Notes under the pieces: generated by a model
Told to the model about the DNA's origin: nothing
What the model saw: the letters and a program-made list of their open reading frames with translations, nothing else
The model's database searches: none
Part shown: positions 20,559 to 29,960 of the stretch, piece after piece
Numbering within the stretch: position 1 is the stretch's first letter
Layout: the number at the start of each line of letters is the position of its first letter
Assembly (NCBI GenBank): GCA_050015395.1
Contig: JBEKBM010000028.1
Location: forward strand, 1 to 41,635
DNA length: 41,635 nucleotides
Direction of reading: 5' to 3'
Origin: Candidatus Bathyarchaeia archaeon
GTDB lineage: Archaea; Thermoproteota; Bathyarchaeia; Bathyarchaeales; Bathycorpusculaceae
Program-made: the position numbers and the translations under genes

Positions 20559-20602
20559 ATTAGGTGAAAAGCAGTGGCAACAGCTCCAATATTAAAGAAT
20601 AT

Positions 20603-20797
20603 TTATTGTATCAGTCGGTCTTCAGTTAAGTTTCCATTTATTTCCATAGCAAACTTGCCCTCTGCTATTCTGGCTAGTGATCTGTACTTACCGCAGTAAC
20701 TTCCGCCGACGTGTGTGCATGTGTAGCTCGAGTTTGAGTAAAGGCTGCATGAACGGGTGAACTTGCATTTTATTCTCCGTTTGCGAAAAGACGACAA
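20603..20797 (-). CDS. Small Cys-rich hypothetical protein
   Basis: 64 aa with C-X5-C-X9-C-X7-C, filling the gap between the flippase and rmlA. TTG start. Confidence 0.45.
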   Translation of the reverse strand: MSSFRKRRIKCKFTRSCSLYSNSSYTCTHVGGSYCGKYRSLARIAEGKFAMEINGNLTEDRLIQ

Positions 20798-20991
20798 TAC
20801 ATTACGTTTAAGTATTGTTCTCGTTTAATATTCACCTAAAATAAGCGATTTCTAATATGCTATTTCTTTTCAATCGCTAATAGGACTATGTGATTGTACA
20901 ACTACAACCACAACTGAAATTCAACGTAAACTTATTTAAGTGATAAAATCAATGCTAGTTAAAGTAAGCATTCAACATATTAGTGATTAGC

Positions 20992-22050
20992 ATGAAAGCA
21001 CTTGTTCTCAGCGGTGGAAAAGGAACCAGACTTAGGCCTTTAACTTTTACCTGCGCTAAACAGCTTATTCCAGTAGCTAACAAGCCCATATTAGGATATG
21101 TTCTTGACCAGGTGGCGGCAACCAAAATAAAAAAGGTGGGCATTATTACTGCGCCCGAGACTGGACAGTTTGTTAAAGACTATGTTAACGATGGTTCAAA
21201 CTGGAACCTTAAAGTTAACTATATTCCTCAGGAGCCGCTTGGTTTAGCCCATGCGGTGAAGACCGCTAGGCGATTTTTGGGGCAGGATTCTTTCGTCATG
21301 TGTTTAGGGGATAACGTTACAGGTCAAAGCTTGAACTCATTTATTAAAAAATTTAAGAGTGAACATCTTGATGGGCTTATTATTCTAAAAGAGGTTGAGA
21401 ACCCATCGAGTTTTGGTATCGCTCAGCTTGATGATAAGGGCAATATTATCAAGTTGGTGGAGAAGCCTAAAACGCCCATGGGTAACCTTGCTATTATTGG
21501 CACTTACCTCTTTTCCAACAAGGTTCATCAAGCTATAGAAAGAATAAAGCCATCTTGGCGTGGAGAGTTGGAAATTACTGATGCAATCCAAGAAATGATT
21601 AACATGGGTTTTTCGGTTAAAGCAGAAATCTTGAATTCTTGGTGGCTTGACACAGGCAAAAAAGATGATATTTTGTCGGCTAATGCGAGAATATTGGATG
21701 AATATACAGAGCGTGACATCAAAGGAACAGTAACAAACAGCGTTGTAGATGGCAGGGTTAAGCTCGAACTGGGAGCAAAAATAGTAAATAGTATAGTCAG
21801 GGGACCATGCGTAATTGGAAAGAACGTTTTGATTGAAGACTCCTTCATTGGACCGTACACAAGCGTTGGTAGCGGCTCAGAAATTATTAATTCTAACCTT
21901 GAATATTGTGTTATACAAGAAAACGTGGTCGTTAAAGATGTGGAGCGGTTAGAGGATAGTTTAATCGGCAAAAATGCGAAGGTTGCAAGAAACCAAAGGA
22001 ACAGAACTATCAAGTTGCACGTGGGCGATTACTCGGAAGTGGAAGTCTAG
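20992..22050 (+). CDS. rmlA: Glucose-1-phosphate thymidylyltransferase, long form
   Basis: LSGGKGTRLRPLT..KQLIPVANKP, EPLGLAHAV, LGDN, VEKP, RGELEITDAI, WLDTG and a C-terminal beta-helix. Confidence 0.92.
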   Translation: MKALVLSGGKGTRLRPLTFTCAKQLIPVANKPILGYVLDQVAATKIKKVGIITAPETGQFVKDYVNDGSNWNLKVNYIPQEPLGLAHAVKTARRFLGQDSFVMCLGDNVTGQSLNSFIKKFKSEHLDGLIILKEVENPSSFGIAQLDDKGNIIKLVEKPKTPMGNLAIIGTYLFSNKVHQAIERIKPSWRGELEITDAIQEMINMGFSVKAEILNSWWLDTGKKDDILSANARILDEYTERDIKGTVTNSVVDGRVKLELGAKIVNSIVRGPCVIGKNVLIEDSFIGPYTSVGSGSEIINSNLEYCVIQENVVVKDVERLEDSLIGKNAKVARNQRNRTIKLHVGDYSEVEV

Positions 22051-22119
22051 CCCCGAGAGTATGACAACTATTATAAATATTTTTAAAACATATGTTTAGC
22101 AAGCAAGCGAGGGATATTA

Positions 22120-22623
22120 ACGTTAAAAGGGATAAAAATTAAACCAATATGTCGGTTACCCGACGAGAGAGGCTTCTTTACCGAAGTTATGCGTAAGGAC
22201 TGGAAAGACTTATTTGCAGAAGACACAATTGCACAAGCAAACCTTTCATTAACTTATCCTAACATTATTCGTGCGTGGCATAGGCACCTTAAAGGACAAA
22301 CGGACTATTTTTTGGCGCTAAAAGGGTTAATAAAAATTTGCGCCTTTGACGAGAAAACAGGAGAAATAAACGAGATCGTCTCCAGTGCTTTAGATCTGCA
22401 AGTGGTGCGTATTCCTGGTTATTATTGGCATGGCTTTAAAGCACTCGGTAATGAACCGGCTATGCTGTTGTACTTCACTACTAACCTATATGACCCTGCT
22501 AATCCCGATGAAGAACGCAGACCATGGAATGACACGACAATAGTTCCCAAAATCGTCAACGGCAAGAAGGACGATGCACGTGTCGGTAAACCTTGGGACT
22601 GGAATTATCCGCCTCATAAGTGA
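22120..22623 (+). CDS. rmlC: dTDP-4-dehydrorhamnose 3,5-epimerase (non-canonical start inferred)
   Basis: DERGFFTE (upstream of the first ATG), IRAWHRH, WHGF. The frame is open from 22087 with no ATG/GTG/TTG before 22189; ACG at 22120. Confidence 0.85.
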   Translation, partial: TLKGIKIKPICRLPDERGFFTEVMRKDWKDLFAEDTIAQANLSLTYPNIIRAWHRHLKGQTDYFLALKGLIKICAFDEKTGEINEIVSSALDLQVVRIPGYYWHGFKALGNEPAMLLYFTTNLYDPANPDEERRPWNDTTIVPKIVNGKKDDARVGKPWDWNYPPHK

Positions 22624-22629
22624 TGAATC

Positions 22630-23637
22630 ATGAAATTGTTAATTACTGGCGGTTTAGGCTTTATCGGAAGCAACTTTTGCAGGTACATACTTGCGCGGTA
22701 TCCTGATTATGAGTTGATAAATGTTGATAAGATAGGCATAGGAGCCAACCCAGCCAATCTTCTTGATATTGAAAATGACAAAAGGTACACTTTCATAAAG
22801 GGTGACATTTGCAATCCGCAGCTTATAAATAGGCTAATCCATCAAGTTGATGCTGTTGTAAACATTGCGGCTGAGACTCATGTGGACAGGAGCATTGCTG
22901 ACCCCAACGTGTTTTTGCAGAATAATACAGTTGGCACATTTACAATTTTAGAAGCAATACGCAGACATAATCACAAGGCAAGGCTTTTGCAGGTGTCCAC
23001 TGACGAGGTTTACGGTGAAGCACTTGAAGGCTCATTTACGGAGAATACTCCGCCTAAGCCATCTAATCCTTACTCTGCTTCTAAAGCTGCCGCAGACATG
23101 TTCGTGCTATCTTACTATAAGACTTATAATTTGAATGCGTCTATCACACGTTGTACGAATAATTTTGGTCCTTACCAACTTCCAGAAAAGCTGATTCCTA
23201 AAACCATTATCCGTGCGCTGAGGGATCTTCCGATACCGATTTACGGGTCTGGGCAAAACATTCGTGATTGGATTTACGTTCAAGATCACTCTGAAGCAAT
23301 TGCCACAGTTCTTGAGAAGGGAAATGCTGGAGAAGTATACAACGTTTCAGCTGGGAACGAAATTCCCAACATTGAAATTGCAAAAAGAATTGTCGCTTTG
23401 CTGCATAAGCCCGAGAGTTTGATTACTTTTGTGGAAGATCGTCCTGGACATGACACACGGTATAGTTTGGATTCTTCTAAAACAAGGTCCACGTTGGGTT
23501 GGCAGCCAAAGTTCAGTTTTGATGCATCTTTGGAGTCGACTGTTCGCTGGTATCTTGAAAACGAGCATTGGTGGACGCCGTTTGCTACAGAAGTGATTCT
23601 TCATCCGACGCCTTGGAAGCTAGGTGGTCTTCACTGA
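22630..23637 (+). CDS. rmlB: dTDP-glucose 4,6-dehydratase
   Basis: GGLGFIGSN, AAETHVDRSI, VSTDEVYG, PYSASKA, NNFGPYQ, RDWIYV, DRPGHD. Confidence 0.95.
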   Translation: MKLLITGGLGFIGSNFCRYILARYPDYELINVDKIGIGANPANLLDIENDKRYTFIKGDICNPQLINRLIHQVDAVVNIAAETHVDRSIADPNVFLQNNTVGTFTILEAIRRHNHKARLLQVSTDEVYGEALEGSFTENTPPKPSNPYSASKAAADMFVLSYYKTYNLNASITRCTNNFGPYQLPEKLIPKTIIRALRDLPIPIYGSGQNIRDWIYVQDHSEAIATVLEKGNAGEVYNVSAGNEIPNIEIAKRIVALLHKPESLITFVEDRPGHDTRYSLDSSKTRSTLGWQPKFSFDASLESTVRWYLENEHWWTPFATEVILHPTPWKLGGLH

Positions 23638-24524
23638 AACTCTTAATTACTGGTGCCAGTGGTCTTTACGGCTCCAAACTAGCTGAGCTTGCTGTTGCAA
23701 GAAATTTTGAGGTTTATTCCTGTGACGTTCAAGAGTTGCCGGTTTGTGGTAACTTTGTTAAATTTGACGTTTCAAATAAAGAGCTGGTTAATGAAGCGTT
23801 TAAGCGTGTTAAGCCTGACGTTGTAGTTCACGCTGCTACCCTGACTGATGTGGATAAGTGCGAGTTGAATAAGGAGCTTGCTTGGAAAATAAATGTTGAA
23901 GGAACAAAAAATATTGTAGAAGCAGCTAAGAGCGCCGGCTCTTTTTTGATTTATATTTCGACAGATTATGTTTTCAACGGTGAAAAGGGTAACTATAAGG
24001 AGTCGGATAAGCCTGACCCGATTAATTACTACGGTTTAACCAAGCTTAAAGCTGAAGAATTGGTGAAAGCTCAAGCAGAATATTTTATTGCGCGGCCAAG
24101 CGTGATTTACGGTTCAACTCCTGCTGCTGGAAAAGTCAACTTTGCTCTCTGGCTAATTGATACGCTTGGTAAGGGTGAACATGTTAAGATTGTTACTGAC
24201 CAGTGGAACACGCCGACGTTGAACACTAATTTGGCTGAAATGACAATGGAAGTTGTTGAACGAAGGTTAACTGGAACATTTCATCTTTGCGGTGCCACAC
24301 GCATAAGCAGGTTCCAGTTTGCAGAATTAATCGCTGAAGCTTTTGGCTTGGATAAGAGCCTGATTGATCCTGCTTTGTCTTCACAGTTTAAGTGGCCTGC
24401 AAAACGACCTATGGATTCGTCGCTTGATACTTCAAAGGCTCAGCAGGTTCTGGGAAACAAGCCGCTAGAAATTGGTGAAGCGTTACAACGGTTGAAGTTG
24501 GAGCTTTCAAATAAAAGCCGTTAA
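23634..24524 (+). CDS. rmlD: dTDP-4-dehydrorhamnose reductase
   Basis: LITGASG, TDVDKCE, ISTDYVF, YGLTK, DQWNTPT, AKRP. Likely CTG start overlapping the rmlB stop. Confidence 0.9.
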   Translation: MKLLITGASGLYGSKLAELAVARNFEVYSCDVQELPVCGNFVKFDVSNKELVNEAFKRVKPDVVVHAATLTDVDKCELNKELAWKINVEGTKNIVEAAKSAGSFLIYISTDYVFNGEKGNYKESDKPDPINYYGLTKLKAEELVKAQAEYFIARPSVIYGSTPAAGKVNFALWLIDTLGKGEHVKIVTDQWNTPTLNTNLAEMTMEVVERRLTGTFHLCGATRISRFQFAELIAEAFGLDKSLIDPALSSQFKWPAKRPMDSSLDTSKAQQVLGNKPLEIGEALQRLKLELSNKSR

Positions 24525-24583
24525 GTTAGACACAAGTGTTTATGTGTAAGTCTCATAATCCTTTGGTTATTTGGGAAGGCTAA

Positions 24584-24943
24584 ATGAAACCGACCAGTGT
24601 TAAGCAAATAGCAAGGCAGCGAATTCAAATATTGTTTGAGCAGGCAAAGCAGGTTTGCAAGACTAATCCGCAGTTAGCCATGCAGTACATTAAGTCCGCA
24701 AGGAAGATTGCTATGGCTGCAAAAATTCGTTTGCCAGTTGAGTTTAGGCGTGAAACGTGCAAAAACTGCAATGCGCTGCTTGTGCAGGGTTATAATTGTC
24801 GGGTTAGGATAAAGCAGAAAAGGGAGCCTCATATCGTAATAACATGTTTAAACTGCGGCAACCAAACTCGTATATTGTTAAGCAAGAGAAAGGAGCAAAA
24901 GGAACTTGAGCAAAATAACTACCAGAATGAAACGGCATGTTAG
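24584..24943 (+). CDS. rnp4: Ribonuclease P protein component 4 (Rpp21)
   Basis: IARQRIQILF, CKNC...CLNCG zinc ribbon, and its position upstream of yhbY-rps19e. Confidence 0.92.
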   Translation: MKPTSVKQIARQRIQILFEQAKQVCKTNPQLAMQYIKSARKIAMAAKIRLPVEFRRETCKNCNALLVQGYNCRVRIKQKREPHIVITCLNCGNQTRILLSKRKEQKELEQNNYQNETAC

Positions 24944-25208
24944 GCACGTATTGAAAGACGAGAATCCAACCATTTGGGTAGGCAAAGACGGCTTAACTCT
25001 TCAGTTGATAAGCGAAATTGAGAAGCAACTGCAGCAGAACAAGATGGTGAAGGTTAGAATTTTGCCTGCCGCTTTGCAGGGAGATAATACGGCTCAGGCG
25101 ATAGCGGCTAAGGCTGCTGAGCAAACTGGTGCTGCTTTGGTTGAGGTTAGAGGCCATGTGTTTATTCTTTTTAGGAAGCGTAAAGCAGTAGAACCCGATA
25201 GCCAATAG
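24906..25208 (+). CDS. YhbY/CRM-domain RNA-binding protein
   Basis: PTIWVGKDGLT, MVKVRIL, VEVRGHVFILFR. Confidence 0.9.
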   Translation: MSKITTRMKRHVRHVLKDENPTIWVGKDGLTLQLISEIEKQLQQNKMVKVRILPAALQGDNTAQAIAAKAAEQTGAALVEVRGHVFILFRKRKAVEPDSQ

Positions 25209-25568
25209 GTTTTTAACCATTTTACTATATCATGTACAAAACCTTTTCTGGAGGCAACTATATGGTTATGTAAAGTAACCGTGTATTGCATTTTGAAAAT
25301 AAAAAAAGAGTGTTGACTTAAACAGTGGATTCGCAAGTGGGTTAGCTTTAATGTGTGTGCGCACAGGTACCTACCGGGAGGGTAAATGTCAATACGTTTT
25401 GTAGATACACTTTGCAGATACACTGAAGAGCATACGTAGGCAGGTTCTTGGGCGCAAAGCTCCATCCAGAATCGTTAAGCCGTTTTTTAGATGCCTTGCA
25501 GCTCTCTTGCGGATTTACTGTTAAAGGGTCCCTTGCTTATATTGGAAGTTTTGTTGCATGTTTAATGT

Positions 25569-25751
25569 TTATCCGGTCATCACAGCTACCGCTAAAAAGA
25601 TGACCATCAACGTTGAGGGAAATTCTGTTCTGGCTCCCAGAACAACGACGTCACCCCACATTCCTAGGCTTACATGACCATCAACTTGGCAAATGTAGTA
25701 GAACGAACCAGATTTACTAACGGTGAAGGTTCCAAGTCCTACTTTGACTTT
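25569..25751 (-). pseudogene. Relic of a cupredoxin (type-1 blue copper) protein with a PEF-CTERM-like sorting signal
   Basis: Manual translation KVKVGLGTFTVSKSGSFYYICQVDGHVSLGMWGDVVVLGARTEFPSTLMVIFLAVAVMTG* contains C-X4-H-X4-M copper ligands, then EFP and a hydrophobic helix. Upstream in-frame TGA, no start codon. Confidence 0.7.
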
Positions 25752-26182
25752 TCACAACGGTGAAGGAATTTGACTTGAAAAGTATTTTTGGATTTTAATT
25801 ATAACCGTAACTCTGCAGTTTTACCCCATAGGCGGACCAAGATCTGACTGTTTTTGCTTTCTTTTCGCATTTGCGCCCTATTTCAAAGTTTTTAACCTAT
25901 GGCGTAACCTATGACACAACAATATTTAAGGTTTTAAGCTAAAAGAGAAAAATGGCGATGAAAACAGCGTGATTAATCAAACCTATGGCACAAAAAGCAG
26001 AGTTTCGGTTATAAATGAAGAAAAAAGGAAGCCACTTGAGAGCACAAGTAAGCTTAAGTCACCACTATTGTCCTCTTAGTGTAAGAGGCTATAATCTTGC
26101 GTGGGCACTAATTCCTCTCAGAGAATATTTATATTAGGCTTCATTCCTTAACTGCAAGGAAAAACAAAGGATTAGAGCAATC

Positions 26183-26647
26183 TTGACTACTCCTCATGAC
26201 GTTCCAGCTTCAAAATTCATCGACCGGTTAGCTAGGTATCTTAAGGAAAATGTTGATGAAGTTCAGCCTCTTCCATGGGCAACTTTTGCTAAAACCGGCA
26301 ATCACGTAGAAAAGCAACCGCAGAACCCGAACTGGTGGTATACTCGAAGTGCATCTATACTTCGCAAAGTTTATGTTCATGGTCCAATGGGATTGGAGAA
26401 ACTGCGCGCTGATTATGGTGGAAGAAAGAATAATGGCGTTAAAAAATCACATGTAGTTAAAGCAGGCGGAAACAACATCCGTAAGATTCTGCAGCAACTT
26501 GAGACTGCTGGTTTAATTCAAACCGCGAAGCCTCAGGGTAGAAGAATGACGCCTAAAGGTCGCAAGCTGCTTCAGGAAGTTGCTGGGGACTTACATAAGG
26601 AAATAGTTAAGACTATCCCAGAGCTCAAGAAGTATCAAGGCGAATAG
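26183..26647 (+). CDS. rps19e: 30S ribosomal protein S19e (eS19)
   Basis: WATFAKTG, WWYTRSASILRKVY, IRKILQQLE. TTG start. Confidence 0.96.
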   Translation: MTTPHDVPASKFIDRLARYLKENVDEVQPLPWATFAKTGNHVEKQPQNPNWWYTRSASILRKVYVHGPMGLEKLRADYGGRKNNGVKKSHVVKAGGNNIRKILQQLETAGLIQTAKPQGRRMTPKGRKLLQEVAGDLHKEIVKTIPELKKYQGE

Positions 26648-26652
26648 AAGCA

Positions 26653-26982
26653 ATGTCGGATGACGAGCTTGAGCAAATCCGCAAAAGAAAACTATCATCA
26701 ATGCAGCATAGAATGAGTGATGAGCAAAGACAAGCTCAAGCAGAAACGCAAATGGAAGCTCAAAAGCAGGCGTTGCTGAGCAAGATATTGACGCCTGAAG
26801 CTCGGCAAAGGCTAAATAACCTCAAAATGGTTAAGCCTGAATTCATAGAGCAAATAGAGTTGCAGTTGATTGAAATGGCGCAGACTGGCAAGTTGCCGAT
26901 TCCATTGTCAGATGCTCAGCTCAAGGGAATATTGATTCAGCTTCAATCACGGAAGCGAGAACCAACAATTAGAAGGATATGA
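26653..26982 (+). CDS. PDCD5-like dsDNA-binding protein
   Basis: [31 protein letters not shown], and conserved position after rps19e. Confidence 0.93.
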   Translation: MSDDELEQIRKRKLSSMQHRMSDEQRQAQAETQMEAQKQALLSKILTPEARQRLNNLKMVKPEFIEQIELQLIEMAQTGKLPIPLSDAQLKGILIQLQSRKREPTIRRI

Positions 26983-26986
26983 AAAT

Positions 26987-27145
26987 ATGGCGCGAGTTAA
27001 ACCTACAGCAAAAAAACTTAGGCTAGCTAAAGCTGGAAAAGAGGCAACGTCTGTTCCAACATGGGTAATTGCCCGAACTGACGGTAAAGTTAGAAATAAC
27101 CCTAAGCAAAGACGAAACTGGCGAACCAGGAAGATAAAGGCGTAG
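26987..27145 (+). CDS. rpl39e: 50S ribosomal protein L39e (eL39), not in the ORF track
   Basis: Manual translation [52 protein letters not shown] (52 aa). Confidence 0.95.
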   Translation: MARVKPTAKKLRLAKAGKEATSVPTWVIARTDGKVRNNPKQRRNWRTRKIKA

Positions 27146-27161
27146 GAGAAGATGACGCTAA

Positions 27162-27665
27162 ATGGTTAAAGAAAACAAAGAAGAACAACAGAAGAGCGCT
27201 GAAAATGAAGAAGAAATGCCCGACCTTAGTGAAGATAAAACCGCTGAGAAAGAAGAACCTGTAGAAGAAGCGGCAAAAGAGGAAGCTCCAGCTGAAGAGC
27301 AGCCGGCAAAAGAAGAGGCAGAAGAGAAAGAGGAAGTTAAACCTAAGAAAAAGAAAGGGGAAGTAGAAATTGTTGAAGAACGAACCTACACGATTCCTCT
27401 GCAGAGAGCGCTGGTTAGGCCACCGAAAAAGCGTGCTCCACGTGCAATGCAGTTGATAAGGGCTTTCGTAACAAAGCACATGAAACTGGAAATGAAGGTT
27501 TCTGAAGAAGAGGAAGAAGAAGAGTTACCCCAGCTTATAATAAGCCAGGAAGTTAACGAGAAAATCTGGGATAGAGGTATAAAGAAACCTCCGCGAAAGA
27601 TTCGTGTCCGTGCAGCTAAAGACAAAGACGGCAACGTAACCGTTTACTTAGCTGAAGCTCAATAA
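27162..27665 (+). CDS. rpl31e: 50S ribosomal protein L31e (eL31) with acidic extension
   Basis: ERTYTIPL, KRAPRA, VNEKIWDRGIKKPPRKIRV. Confidence 0.95.
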   Translation: MVKENKEEQQKSAENEEEMPDLSEDKTAEKEEPVEEAAKEEAPAEEQPAKEEAEEKEEVKPKKKKGEVEIVEERTYTIPLQRALVRPPKKRAPRAMQLIRAFVTKHMKLEMKVSEEEEEEELPQLIISQEVNEKIWDRGIKKPPRKIRVRAAKDKDGNVTVYLAEAQ

Positions 27666-28236
27666 TTATTTCTTTAATTTTTTATTTTGTTTTATTATAG
27701 TGCTCGGAAGAGACTATACCCAACAAGCCGAACCAACAACTGCTTCATCACTGCTACGTTGCTTGCAAAATTTTAGGGCAATGGTGGGTTAAGCGGATTT
27801 AGCCACGTGCTAACATTGACAAGGCGCAAAAACGGCCAGGAGACGCCTTATCTTATATTAGCAGCCAGACCCGCCCAACAACAGGGCTCTTAGTTAATTC
27901 CTTCTTCTTTCTCGTTAGCTGTTAGGATTCTAAAGAATATAAAATAATGTTGTCACAAATTGACACAACAATCGCTAAGTTATTAAAATGATTTTAGGCG
28001 TGATTGCCCTTTATGTTCTTTCATTCGGTGCAATCTGAGCTTTTCTGGGTCTGTCAGTACAGCGTTGCAAATTGGGCACCGGTAGGTTTCATATATCATA
28101 TTGGCGCATCACTTAAGAAAGATTAGTTATTTTTATTGCTTATATTTATTATGCCGAAAAATTTAATGTTAGAATAAATTTGACCACTAAAGGCTTTTAT
28201 TGACATTTAAGATATTGTAAATTAGGGGTTTTTCTT

Positions 28237-28485
28237 ATGAATAGAGATGAAGCGGTCGCTATCTATAAGGAAATTATTAATGTGTGTGAAAACATGGGGT
28301 CAAACGCCTTTAACTTAATGTTGTCGGAAAAAAATGACGCGACAGCAAAAGGCTACCAAATACGCATAACAATGTCAACCGATACTGAAATCAAGCAACA
28401 GATAACAAATATCGCTAAAAAACATAACTTAGCAGTGAAAGAAGAGAAAGACGAAGTAATAATCTATAAGCCTAAAAAAGCATAG
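28237..28485 (+). CDS. Hypothetical protein (82 aa)
   Basis: ATG ORF with protein-like composition and an AT-rich promoter-like upstream region. Confidence 0.6.
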   Translation: MNRDEAVAIYKEIINVCENMGSNAFNLMLSEKNDATAKGYQIRITMSTDTEIKQQITNIAKKHNLAVKEEKDEVIIYKPKKA

Positions 28486-28607
28486 CATGATACCTTGAAA
28501 CGGTTGCCGCATTCGGGGCAAGTGTAAACAGCTAAGCTGAAGTAAGAGTTTTCTATTTTCTTATCAGGCGTATCGAGCTTGTTTCCGCAGTTAGGACAGT
28601 TAACCAT
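28464..28607 (-). CDS. CPxCG zinc-ribbon microprotein (47 aa), not in the ORF track
   Basis: MVNCPNCGNKLDTPDKKIENSYFSLAVYTCPECGNRFKVSCYAFLGL*, with two CPxCG knuckles. Confidence 0.7.
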   Translation of the reverse strand: MVNCPNCGNKLDTPDKKIENSYFSLAVYTCPECGNRFKVSCYAFLGL

Positions 28608-28755
28608 TGAAAGCCACTTTTGAAAATTAATAACCAATAGCACAACAAAAGGAGATAAAAGGTTATGTTGTCATAACCAAGTAGCCACAAATGCTCCGAA
28701 TGCTCGCTTTCACTTCAACCAATCCCTTTACTGCACCAAAAGGTCGTTTCAACAC

Positions 28756-29193
28756 TTGCCTTTTAAGCATTTTAGCCTTCATTTCCAGTTATGCTCAATT
28801 TATCCAAACAAGATACAAACCCAAGTGATTGCTCACGACAACTTGGTTCTCAAGGCTGATGCTGCTTATCTTAGGCGAGCACTAACAAACCTTATCGTTA
28901 ACGCAATACAAGCCATGCCAAACGGAGGCAAACTAACAATTGAAACACAGCAAAAAGAAGATAATGCGATAATAAGCGTTAAAGATACTGGTGTAGGCAT
29001 TCCAGAAGAGATTAAACCTAACTTGTTTACTCCATTGTTCACTACTAAAGCGAAAGGTCAAGGTTTAGGTTTAGCTGTAGTTAAACGGCTTATAGAAGCA
29101 ATAAATGGCTCAATCACTTTTGAAAGCCAAGTTGGAAACGGCACCACATTCATAGTAAAAATACCCATAGGCAAGCAAGAAAGCAATTTTTAA
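28756..29193 (+). pseudogene. Orphan HATPase_c domain of a sensor histidine kinase
   Basis: N box (NLIVNAIQA), G1 (DTGVG), F (FTPLFTTK) and G2 (GQGLGL) boxes. No HisKA or sensor domain; the N-terminus does not look like homologous sequence. Confidence 0.75.
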
Positions 29194-29276
29194 TTCTTAA
29201 AAGAGCACCACAATCTAAAAAAAGGAGTATGCGTGAAACTTCGCCATTAGAACGTTTCATCAGGAGAAATTAATTC

Positions 29277-29960
29277 TTGACCGTTTACTTATCCAGCATA
29301 GTTGGGAGCGCAAGCATCAGTGTGTACTCGCTGGCAACCGAAAACATAGTGATAATCCCGAGAATGGTTCCAAAGGAAAAAGCTCAAGAGTTCGCCGATT
29401 GGCTAAACACCAAGCTTGTCTATACATCCATCGGCGGCTCAGTCCTTGCAGGCGCATTAGCATGTGCAAATTCGAATGGTATACTGCTTCCAAACTATGT
29501 CCGAGACGAAGAATTAACACAAATCAAATCAGTTTTTGAGGGGAATATTACAATTATGGAAACAAAAAAGACAGCTTACGGCAACCTAGTCTTAACCAAC
29601 GACAAGGGCGCAGTGGTTGATCCACGCTTTAAAGCGTCTGAAATAAAAAAAATCTCCGAAACCTTAGGCGTGGAGGCGGTGCCGACAGAAATCGCGGGGT
29701 TACCGTATGTCGGCTCCTTAGCTGTTGCAACAAACAAAGGCGTACTATCTCACCCGTTGCTAAAAGATGAGGAAAGAAAAATCTTAGAAAACGTTTTCAA
29801 AGTTCCCGTCGATGTTGGCACAGTTAACTGTGGGGTCCCCTATGTTGGAACTGGCTTACTTGCTAATTCGCACGCTGCTGTAGCTGGTTCTATGACAACT
29901 GGACCCGAGATGTTTATTATTGGGAATGCGCTGGATGTTGTGCGGGAAGATAAAAAATGA
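29277..29960 (+). CDS. eif6: Translation initiation factor 6 (aIF6)
   Basis: ANSNG, GNLVLTNDKGA, VGSLAVATNKG, GTVNCG, TTGPE. Confidence 0.95.
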   Translation: MTVYLSSIVGSASISVYSLATENIVIIPRMVPKEKAQEFADWLNTKLVYTSIGGSVLAGALACANSNGILLPNYVRDEELTQIKSVFEGNITIMETKKTAYGNLVLTNDKGAVVDPRFKASEIKKISETLGVEAVPTEIAGLPYVGSLAVATNKGVLSHPLLKDEERKILENVFKVPVDVGTVNCGVPYVGTGLLANSHAAVAGSMTTGPEMFIIGNALDVVREDKK

